54,814 nt of DNA from a virus (lineage: Duplodnaviria; Caudoviricetes). This document shows positions 33,313-42,400 of this stretch, piece after piece. Positions within the stretch are counted from its first letter, which is position 1, and each line of letters begins with the position of its first letter. The stretch spans positions 1 through 54,814 of the IMG/VR virus record IMGVR_UViG_3300033146_000595, one strand, 5' to 3'. The notes under the pieces were generated by a model, which did no database searches, was not told the origin of the DNA, and was given only the letters and a program-made list of their open reading frames with translations. Made by a program: the position numbers and the translations under genes.

Positions 33313-34566
33313 ATGAGTGTAATTGATAGATTTAAACATGCTTGGAATTCGTTCATCGGCGAAGAGATAAAATCACCAATCGGTTATCATGATCTAGGGT
33401 ATTCAACTAGTTATAAACCCGATAGAGTTAGGTATTCGAATGGTAATGATAGAACCATGGTTACTGCTATATACAATAGAATAGCCATAGACTGTTCGAC
33501 GATACCTTTAAAACATGCTCGGGTGGACGATGATGATAGATTTTTAGAAATAATAAAATCCGGTTTAAACGAGTGTTTGACGATTGGTGCTAATAAGGAC
33601 CAACCATCTAGAGCGTTTATACAAGACATAGTTATGTCACTATTTGATGAAGGAAGTGTCGCTATAGTACCAATAGATACGTCCGTTGACATCACTAAAG
33701 GTAGTTTCGACATAAATAGTATGAGAACCGGAAGAATCCTACAGTGGTTTCCAGATCACATTCAGGTTGAAGTGTATAATGACAGAAAAGGTGTAAGAGA
33801 AACCTTGACGCTTCCTAAAAAATCTGTAGCAATTATAGAGAATCCTCATTATGCAGTAATGAATGAGAGAAACTCAGTTTTACAAAGACTTATCCGTAAA
33901 TTAAGCATTCTAGATATGATAGACGAACAGTCTGGATCTGGTAAGCTAGATTTAATAATACAATTACCTTATGTGATTAAATCGGAAGCTCGAAGAAAGC
34001 AAGCCGATCTCAGAAGGAAAAGTATGGAAGATCAATTGGCGAATTCCAAATTCGGGGTAGCATATACTGATGGAAGTGAAAAAATAACACAACTGAATAG
34101 AGCTGTGGAAAACAACTTATTGAAACAAATTGAGTACTTAACGAGTATGCTAAACGGCCAGTTAGGAATCAATGCGGCGATATTAGATGGATCTGCAAAC
34201 GAGGTAGTTATGTTAAATTATATCACACGCACACTTGAACCGATTTTGGCAGCTATATCACAAGAGTTTAATAGGAAGTTCTTAACAAAAACTGCAAGAA
34301 CTCAAGGACAGACGATTAGATACTTTAACGATCCTTTCAGGTTAGTGACGGTAACAAACTTGGCTGAAATAGCAGACAAATTCACAAGAAACGAAATAAT
34401 GACTTCTAATGAAATGAGACAAGTAATTGGTATGAGACCAAATAAAGATCCTAGAGCGGATGAACTCCGTAATAAGAATCTTAATGAGGCCGAGCCAAAA
34501 ACCGAGGAAGTTGTTAAAAAAGAAGAAGTCGTAGATAAAATAAAAAAAGGAGAAAAAGATGAGTAA
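33313..34566 (+). CDS. Portal protein (HK97-type)
   Basis: Position after terL; IYNRIAID...AN..Q..RAF...MTSNEMR..IGM.P. Confidence 0.88.
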   Translation: MSVIDRFKHAWNSFIGEEIKSPIGYHDLGYSTSYKPDRVRYSNGNDRTMVTAIYNRIAIDCSTIPLKHARVDDDDRFLEIIKSGLNECLTIGANKDQPSRAFIQDIVMSLFDEGSVAIVPIDTSVDITKGSFDINSMRTGRILQWFPDHIQVEVYNDRKGVRETLTLPKKSVAIIENPHYAVMNERNSVLQRLIRKLSILDMIDEQSGSGKLDLIIQLPYVIKSEARRKQADLRRKSMEDQLANSKFGVAYTDGSEKITQLNRAVENNLLKQIEYLTSMLNGQLGINAAILDGSANEVVMLNYITRTLEPILAAISQEFNRKFLTKTARTQGQTIRYFNDPFRLVTVTNLAEIADKFTRNEIMTSNEMRQVIGMRPNKDPRADELRNKNLNEAEPKTEEVVKKEEVVDKIKKGEKDE

Positions 34567-36403
34567 ACAATGGGACTTTAAAGGTTGGGCCACAAGACAT
34601 AATGTGTTGTGTGGTGACGGACGCACCATTAAACCAGGCGCATTCGAACACAACGATAATCAAACAGTACCTTTAGTTTGGAATCACAACCATAAAGACG
34701 CCGATAATGTATTAGGACACGCATTATTAGAGTATAGAGATGAAGGAGTATATGCTTACGCAAAATTCAACGACACTAGTCAAGGACGAAATGCAAAAGA
34801 ATTAGTGCGTAATAAAGATATAACAGCTTTATCAATATACGCTAATAAATTAAAACATAACATCAAAGATGTAATTCATGGTAACATTAGAGAATTAAGT
34901 CTTGTTTTAGCGGGATCAAATCCTGGTGCATATATCGAAACGGTTATGGCGCATGGTGAAGGTGATGATAGATCTGAAGAAGCTATTATTACAAACAATG
35001 CAGAGTTAGAATTACTTCACACTGGAACTGAAAAAGAACTTAGTGAAGAAGCAAAAACGGCATTAGCTATTAAAGAAGCAGCGAATCTTAAGCATGCAGA
35101 AGAATTAAAAGTTGCAAAAGAAGCAGCGGATCTTAAACATGCCGAGGAAGAAAAACAAAAAGAAGTAGATGCTAAAAAACAAAAAGAAATAGACGATAAG
35201 AAACCTAAGAAAAAATCCGAGGAGGAAAAGAAGAAAATGAAAGATAAAACAATAAAAGAAGTCTTTGAAACATTAGACGACGACCAAAAATTAATGGTGT
35301 ACGCGCTTGTAGGTGCGGCACAAGAAGGGGACAACAGTATGAAACAAAATTTATTTGACAAAGAAATCGATAATGAAGACGAGTTCTTAACTCACGCGGA
35401 ATTTGAAACAGCATTAACAGAAGCAAAACGTAATGGGTCTTTAAAGGAAGCGTTTATCGCACATAGTATCAGTAATATTAATAACTTATTCCCAGAAGTA
35501 CAAAATTTAAACAAACAACCTGAGTTAATCTCAAGAGATGTTCAATGGGTTGCTGGAGTTATGGCTGGGGTATCAAAATCACCATTCTCAAGAGTTAAAT
35601 CAACAGGTGCTAACCTTACTGCTGATGAAGCAAGAGCAAAAGGGTATGTTAAAGGCGCACAAAAAGTTGAAGAAGTTATTACATCTTTAAAACGTGTAAC
35701 TACGCCTACAACTGTTTACAAATTACAAAAATTAGACCGTGATGATGTAATCGATATCACTGATTTCGATGTAATCGTATTCATGAAATCTGAAATGAGA
35801 ATTATGTTAAACGAAGAATTAGCAAGAGCATTCTTAATTGGTGATGGACGTTCAGGAGCAAGTCCTGATAAAGTAAACCCATTAAACATTCGCCCAATCT
35901 GGGGAGACGATCCAGTTTATACTGTGGTTCGTGAATTAGTTCCAGCGGCGGAAGATACAGCAGCTCAAAAAGCTAAAGCATTTATTCAAGACATCATCCG
36001 TTCGAGAAAATTATACAAAGGTTCAGGAAATCCTGCATTATACACTACGGAAGATCAATTAGTGGAAATGTTATTAATGGAAGACACTAATGGTAGAGTG
36101 ATTTATGACTCAGTTGCTAAATTGCAAACTGCTTTACGTGTAAGTAAAATAGTAACAGTTGAAGTAATGGAAGGTGTAAACCGTGTTATTTCAGAGGATC
36201 AATGGGACTTAATGGGCATTCTTGTAAACTTAACTGATTACAATGTTGGTGCTGATAAAGGCGGACAAGTAAACATGTTTGATGATTTCGATCTTAACTT
36301 TAATAAATACGAGTACTTAATTGAAACTCGTTGTTCTGGAGCTTTAAAGAAACCTTATAGTGCAGTTGTATTTGAATCTAAAGGCCCAGTAGTAGCAGGT
36401 TAA
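34559..36403 (+). CDS. Prohead protease-scaffold-major capsid fusion protein
   Basis: N-terminal HK97-type protease (FKGWA, PLVWNH, LSI, ELSLV..GSNPGA), charged linker, C-terminal capsid domain (ELARAFLIGDG...ETRCSG). Confidence 0.88.
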   Translation: MSKQWDFKGWATRHNVLCGDGRTIKPGAFEHNDNQTVPLVWNHNHKDADNVLGHALLEYRDEGVYAYAKFNDTSQGRNAKELVRNKDITALSIYANKLKHNIKDVIHGNIRELSLVLAGSNPGAYIETVMAHGEGDDRSEEAIITNNAELELLHTGTEKELSEEAKTALAIKEAANLKHAEELKVAKEAADLKHAEEEKQKEVDAKKQKEIDDKKPKKKSEEEKKKMKDKTIKEVFETLDDDQKLMVYALVGAAQEGDNSMKQNLFDKEIDNEDEFLTHAEFETALTEAKRNGSLKEAFIAHSISNINNLFPEVQNLNKQPELISRDVQWVAGVMAGVSKSPFSRVKSTGANLTADEARAKGYVKGAQKVEEVITSLKRVTTPTTVYKLQKLDRDDVIDITDFDVIVFMKSEMRIMLNEELARAFLIGDGRSGASPDKVNPLNIRPIWGDDPVYTVVRELVPAAEDTAAQKAKAFIQDIIRSRKLYKGSGNPALYTTEDQLVEMLLMEDTNGRVIYDSVAKLQTALRVSKIVTVEVMEGVNRVISEDQWDLMGILVNLTDYNVGADKGGQVNMFDDFDLNFNKYEYLIETRCSGALKKPYSAVVFESKGPVVAG

Positions 36404-36405
36404 TA

Positions 36406-36423
36406 CCTGTTTAGGTAAACAAT
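36406..36423. promoter_or_regulatory. Palindromic operator-like site after the capsid gene
   Basis: cctgtttaggtaaacaat, exact reverse complement of 21144-21161. Confidence 0.45.
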
Positions 36424-36427
36424 CAAA

Positions 36428-36748
36428 ATGGGAAAATATTGTGGTACGATAGGATACGGAACAACAGTTGAGACGGTACCAGGGGTGTGGAAACCAGTGA
36501 TCACAGAGCGTCCGATTTATGGGGACGTGGTTAAAAACACCAGACGACTTGATAGCAGTGAAAATCTGAACGACAACCTTGGGGTGTTAATTAAGATTAG
36601 TTTTCTAGCCGATCCATATGCGTTACAAAATTTTCACCTGATTAAATTCGTGAGTTACATGGGGGCTCTTTGGAAGGTCAAGTTGGTCGACGAAGAGTTC
36701 CCTAGACTTATACTGACTTTAGGGGGTGTGTATAATGATGAGCGCTAG
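36428..36748 (+). CDS. Putative head closure (stopper) protein
   Basis: Position; PGVW...YGDV...ISFLADPYA...WKV...PRLILTLGGVYN. Confidence 0.65.
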   Translation: MGKYCGTIGYGTTVETVPGVWKPVITERPIYGDVVKNTRRLDSSENLNDNLGVLIKISFLADPYALQNFHLIKFVSYMGALWKVKLVDEEFPRLILTLGGVYNDER

Positions 36749-37055
36749 CAGGCAGAAACTGCATACAGAATTAATGTTAATTCTAAAATCAAAGAACGTC
36801 TATTTTCAACCCCCGGAGTCAATTAAAATTAAATACCCCGCGATAGTGTATTCGCGTAATGATGTCGATAACACGCACGCAAACAATGGGGTGTACAATC
36901 AAAAAATTAAATACAAAGTAACGGTGATCGATTACGATCCCGATAGTAGAATAGTAGAAAAAATGTTAAAACATGAGTATGTGGTATTTGATAGACATTT
37001 TGCCGTTAATGGTTTAAATCACGATCAGTTCACAATTACTCATACACAAAAATAA
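36735..37055 (+). CDS. Putative tail terminator / completion protein
   Basis: NVYFQPPES.KIKYPAIVY...Y.VTVID.DPDS...LNHD. Confidence 0.65.
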   Translation: MMSASRQKLHTELMLILKSKNVYFQPPESIKIKYPAIVYSRNDVDNTHANNGVYNQKIKYKVTVIDYDPDSRIVEKMLKHEYVVFDRHFAVNGLNHDQFTITHTQK

Positions 37056-37075
37056 AATAAAAGGAGAAATAAAAA

Positions 37076-37933
37076 ATGCCAAAATTAATTTGGGACAAAT
37101 CAGGAGAAAGATTCTGGGAAACAGGTGTTTCTAAAGGTGTATTATTCCCTATGAATGATCTGGGAGAATACCAAGACGGTGTGGCGTGGAATGGATTAAC
37201 AAACGTTACACAAAGTCCTTCAGGAGCAGAACCATCTGCTATTTATGCAGATAATATTAAATATTTAAGTTTGATGTCAGTAGAAGAATTAGAAGCATCA
37301 GTTGAAGCATATACATATCCAGATGAATGGGCTCAATGCGATGGTTCGTCAGAACTTGTAGATGGTAGTGGGGTTTCGCTAGGTCAACAACCTCGTAAAA
37401 AGTTTGCACTATCATACCAAACAAAAATCGGTAATGATTTAAATGCTGATTTAGGGTACAAGATTCACATTATTTATGGATGTTATGCGGGACCAAGTGA
37501 GAAATCACATGATACTGTTAATGATAGTCCAGAAGCAATGACTTTCAGTTGGGATATCACAACAACACCCGTTGATGTAGTTAATTTTAAACCAACAGCA
37601 TCAATCGTAATTGATTCGACGAAAGTGGATCAAGCAGTAATGGCAGAAATAGAATTAGTTCTTTATGGAGATACTAGTCCTGCTGCAATATTATTACCTA
37701 GTGATATATTCACTATAGTTGATACGGGATCATATTTAGAATTCCTTGACTTCTCTATATTATCTGCACAATCGTATCAAATAACTCACGCACCATTCCC
37801 AGCAACACTTGCAATTAAAGATGGGGAAACAGCATTAGTAGTAACAACTGACTACACATATGATAATACGACTGGTATCATCTCATTTGTAGCAGAGCCA
37901 ACAGGAACTATCACTATTACAGAAGGTTCGTAA
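37076..37933 (+). CDS. Major tail protein with C-terminal Ig-like extension
   Basis: ETGVSKGVL...AWNGLT...PSGAE...YADNIKY...YKIHIIY...FSW; extra beta-rich C-terminal ~70 aa. Confidence 0.88.
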   Translation: MPKLIWDKSGERFWETGVSKGVLFPMNDLGEYQDGVAWNGLTNVTQSPSGAEPSAIYADNIKYLSLMSVEELEASVEAYTYPDEWAQCDGSSELVDGSGVSLGQQPRKKFALSYQTKIGNDLNADLGYKIHIIYGCYAGPSEKSHDTVNDSPEAMTFSWDITTTPVDVVNFKPTASIVIDSTKVDQAVMAEIELVLYGDTSPAAILLPSDIFTIVDTGSYLEFLDFSILSAQSYQITHAPFPATLAIKDGETALVVTTDYTYDNTTGIISFVAEPTGTITITEGS

Positions 37934-37951
37934 TAGATAAATTAAAATAAA

Positions 37952-37998
37952 ATTAAATAGGGGTTGTGGTTTAATCTGCAGTCCCTTTTAATTTTTTT
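37952..37998 (+). terminator. Intrinsic terminator after the major tail gene
   Basis: aggggttgtgg...ctgcagtccct stem plus T tracts. Confidence 0.6.
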
Positions 37999-38032
37999 AA
38001 AAAATTAAACTAAAAAAAGGAGAAATTAGAAA

Positions 38033-38419
38033 ATGTTAACTAAAAAAGTAAAGTATACAGATTACAAAGGTGTTGAAAGAGAAGAAGAATTTTTCTTCAA
38101 CTTATCAAAAGCAGAAGTAGCAGAAATGGAATTAAGTCATCAAGGTGGATTATCAGCGAAAATCGAAAGAATCGTTGCGGCACAAGATAGCTCTGAAATT
38201 ATTTCATTATTTAAAGATTTAATCACTAGATCATATGGGGTTATCTCAGATGATGGACGAAGATTCATTAAGACGGGTCAACTTAGAGAAGAGTTCCTAC
38301 AAACAGAAGCCTATTCAGAATTATTCATTGAATTAGCTGGCGATGCCGATGCGGCGTCCGCATTTGTAAATGGTATTATCCCTAAGATGGATAAGCAACT
38401 AGCGGCAACTACAAAATAA
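38033..38419 (+). CDS. Tail assembly chaperone
   Basis: Position; YTDY.G.ER.E.F.FNLSKAE...YG..S.DGRRF.K. Confidence 0.75.
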   Translation: MLTKKVKYTDYKGVEREEEFFFNLSKAEVAEMELSHQGGLSAKIERIVAAQDSSEIISLFKDLITRSYGVISDDGRRFIKTGQLREEFLQTEAYSELFIELAGDADAASAFVNGIIPKMDKQLAATTK

Positions 38420-38440
38420 AAAAACAAAGGAGAAAAAGGA

Positions 38441-39001
38441 ATGCTAAAAATATATATACCGAGCACCAGACTCTGGAATGTAAAAACAGAAGAGTTTACG
38501 ACAACAAAAGAGTGCACGTTTATGATAGAGCATTCCTTAATCTCTATCTCTAAATGGGAATCAACATGGCATATACCATTCATAAGTGATAAACCAAAAA
38601 CCAACGAACAAACAATAGATTATGTTAAGTGCATGACAATTACACAGAATGTTAAACCAGAAGCGTATGCTGGTCTAACAAAAGGTAATTTAGAAGCGAT
38701 AAGTAATTATATACAAGACTCTAGAACAGCAACATGGTTTGGTAAACCAAGAGTTCCACCCAAACCACAAAAAAAAGAAACGGTTACAAGCGAATTAATA
38801 TACTATTGGATGGTATCATTAGAGATACCTTTTGAGTGTCAAAAATGGCATTTAAATAGATTATTAACATTGGTGAAAGTTTGTAATGCGAAAGCGAAAT
38901 TAGCAAATACCAAACAACCAAAAGGTAATAAAAAGAAAGTATTAGCTAAAAATTCTGAAATGAACGCAGCTAGAAGAAAATCACTAGGAACTTCTGGTTA
39001 A
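38441..39001 (+). CDS. Second tail assembly chaperone-like protein
   Basis: EHSLISISKWES.W...TSELIYYWM...IPFECQKWHLNRLLTL. Confidence 0.65.
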   Translation: MLKIYIPSTRLWNVKTEEFTTTKECTFMIEHSLISISKWESTWHIPFISDKPKTNEQTIDYVKCMTITQNVKPEAYAGLTKGNLEAISNYIQDSRTATWFGKPRVPPKPQKKETVTSELIYYWMVSLEIPFECQKWHLNRLLTLVKVCNAKAKLANTKQPKGNKKKVLAKNSEMNAARRKSLGTSG

Positions 39002-39024
39002 AAACTAAAAAAGGGGACTTCGCA

Positions 39025-39402
39025 ATGATAAAGATAAAAAGTAAAGGTAATTGGGATAGAACCGAACAGTTTTTCAAGAAGTCCAATAGGATAACCAAAA
39101 TTGAAAAGATTACGGCACTAGCTGAAAAATGTATAGACCGTTTAATAGAAGCAACGCCAAAAGATTCTGGCGTAACAGCAGAGTCATGGAGTTACGAAAT
39201 AGAGAGATTGAATAATAAAGTAAAGTTATACATAAACAATTCAAACATTCAAAATGGAATAAATATAGCATTGTTATTGGAGTTTGGCCATTCTACCAAG
39301 GGTGGTACATGGGTAGAAGGACAAGAATTTATTGGATGTATAACACAAGAAGAGTATAATAAAATACTATCTGAAACATGGAAGGAGTTGGAAAAATTAT
39401 GA
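39025..39402 (+). CDS. HK97 gp10-like neck/tail completion protein
   Basis: TPKDSG.TA.SW...LEFGH.T.GG.WV.G. Confidence 0.7.
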   Translation: MIKIKSKGNWDRTEQFFKKSNRITKIEKITALAEKCIDRLIEATPKDSGVTAESWSYEIERLNNKVKLYINNSNIQNGINIALLLEFGHSTKGGTWVEGQEFIGCITQEEYNKILSETWKELEKL

Positions 39403-42400
39403 GTAAGTTCGTGGATGAACGCGTCGTTGAGATGTCGTTTGAAAATAAAAAATTTGAGAAAAATGTAAAAACCAGTATGGGTACAATTGACGAACTTAAA
39501 AATAGTTTGGACTTCTCTGGGGCAGCGAATACAATAAACGAACAATTAAATGGGGTAAACGCCAATGGATTAACGTCTGCTATTATGAGCGTTAAACAAG
39601 GTTTTACAGCATTTGAAGTATCTTCTATAACTGCTATAGCCAACATCACCAATAGATTAATAGATATGGGTATAAGTATGGTGAAAGTATTAAGTACCGA
39701 TAACATTGGAGAAGGTTGGACCAAATTCGGTCAAATAGCAATTAGTGAAGCAACATTATTAGCACAAGGGATAGAAACATACGATGGTGAAATTACCGAT
39801 ATACTAGCGAAATTAACTTGGTACGCGGATGAGACATCGTATTCATTAACTGATATGGTTGATAACATGTCTAAGTTCACCGCTTCTGGTAGAACACTGG
39901 ATGAATCAGCAAATGCGATGATGGGTATTGCGAACTGGGCGGCGTTAGCTGGTCAAAATTCACAAAAAGCAAGCACCGCAATGTATCAATTATCTCAAGC
40001 ATTGGGTAAAGGTTCTGTTAGATGGGCCGATTATAGATCTATAGTTAATGCTAATATGGATATGAAAGAGTTTAGAAAAAAAGCATTGGAAACGGGTGTA
40101 TTATTAGGAGAGTTAACTCAAGACGTAGATGGTATGTACACATCAATGGATGGTAGAACATTCGGTGCAGATCAATTCACAGATTCATTAACCTCGCAAT
40201 GGTTCACATCAGATGTATTATTAAGGGTTCTTAATGAGTATGCAGATGGTGCTAATAAAATTTACGAATTAATACAACAAGATGATGATATAAACACCGC
40301 AACAGACGCTATAAAAAAATATGGGGACACTATAGACGCGTTTTCATTAAAAGCTTTCTTAGCGGCACAAGAAGCAAGAACGTTCAGAGATACAATAATG
40401 GCCGTACAGGATGCAGTATCATCTGGGTATATGATGATCTTCACTCAAATGTTTGGTAATGTTGCTGAGGCGAAAGTGTTATGGACAAACCTAGCGAATG
40501 AGTTGTATAATGTTTTTACAAAAGGTATATGGAAAAAAATAGACGTTTTATCTTTATGGGCCGATCTCGGTGGTAGAGATGATTTGTTTGCAAGTACAGA
40601 AGATAATACTGGCGCTTTTTGGAATTTGTTTAATGCTATGGTGGCCATAAAAGATTTAATAGCAGGCGCGTGGCGTGATGTATTTGGGTTATCAGACTTA
40701 GAAGACTATGATGACCAAGTAGTGGACATCGCTCATCAACTAAAGAGATTAACTGAAAGAATTAAAGAATTTACAAGCTGGTTATTCTTGAATAAAAAAG
40801 CAACCGAAGATGTAACTAATATATTTAGAGGGTTATTTTCAGTATTTAAAATCATAGGTAAAGTAGTAATCGCGGTGGCTAAAGGATTTGCACCATTACT
40901 TGCTGTATTTGGAGTATTGGGTGGTCAGACAGATGTATTAGGTTTCTTAGGTGATTTAGGATATCAGTTATACATGTTTGCTGAAAGCGACGCACCATTC
41001 GATGCTATAACAGCATCCATCACAAGATTTTTTGATTATTTGATAAGTACTTACAAAGATGTAAAAAACTATTTCGATTTATTGAATAGTGATAATAAAT
41101 GGGCTAAATTAGCTGGTCGAAGTATCGAGCAATTGACACCTTTGGCACAATTTTTAATTCCAATAATTATAAATCTTACAACAGCCTTTAATTGGCTTAA
41201 AGATAAGTTGGTAAACAATGTTTATCCAGCGTTATTAAAAATTGGAGGATTCTTCGTATGGTTTGGGCCAGCGATATGGGATGTAATGAAAAAAACAGGA
41301 GCGCTTATATCTCAATGGATAAACTGGATTCAAACGAATGAAAAAATTCAAAATGGTTTTATAAAACTCAAAGAAGTATTGGCGGACATAGGCGCCGCGT
41401 TCTTAATAGCGTATGAAGCTGTTAAAAAATTCTTTGAATCATTCAGTAAGAAAGATACTCAGGAGTTTGAGGCTGTTCCGGAAAATGTAGAAAAATCACT
41501 AACGCCTTTACAAAATTTCATAAAAGGCCTAGTGACATTATTGGAAGGTTTTTGGGCCGTGTTAAAAGCGGTTGCATCAACAGTAGGGGAAATCTTTTTC
41601 TATATAGGTAATGTGTTAAGTGTTATCGGAACTAAATTAAAAGAAATATTTACTGGTTCAGATGGAGCTTTAAACTTTGCGAAAATATTTAACATGACCT
41701 TTTGGGCTGCTGTTATACTTGGCATATATAGATTCGCAGATATGTTAAGATCAGTAACCGCGGTATTTAGAGATGCGTTTGATTCAATGTTTGACTACTT
41801 TAATTCTAAAGCGTTAGAACAATATATGAACACTATAAGAAACATGGCTATTAGTATACTAATGATGGTTGGAGCATTGTTAATATTGGCATCCATGGAT
41901 GCAGCAGCTCTTAAAAAGAGTATGATAGCAATGACAGCACTTGTTAGTTTTATAGTTGGTGCTATATGGCTTATGAAAACACTTGCTGCGGTGACTAGCT
42001 CAGTGAGTAAATCAGGGAGTTTATTTAAAGGAATTAAGGATATAAAAAGTGAATATTACAACCTATACGGGGTTGCAGCAGCGTTTATGGCAATAGGCGC
42101 CGCTATATTATTATTAACATTCTCATTGAAGATGATATCAAACATGGAGCCAGTGGCGATATTAAAAGGGTTGGCTGTTATAGCATTAATGTTAGTAATG
42201 ATAATTAGTGTTATGAAATTAGTGGCTGAAAAAAAAGATGATGAAAGAGCTGTTAATAAAACAGTTAAATCAATGGTTAAAGTGGCATTAGCGATAGCGT
42301 TACTAGTGAGACCGTTGAAAATAATTGGTAACATTGATTCAGAAACTAGTAAAAGAGGATTAATCAATATAGGTGTGTTAATGGGTATATTAGCATTATA

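Noticed and set aside
38400-38445. Programmed -1 frameshift between the tail assembly chaperones
   Set aside because: 38033 and 38441 are in the same frame, separated by TAA, and the second has its own RBS.
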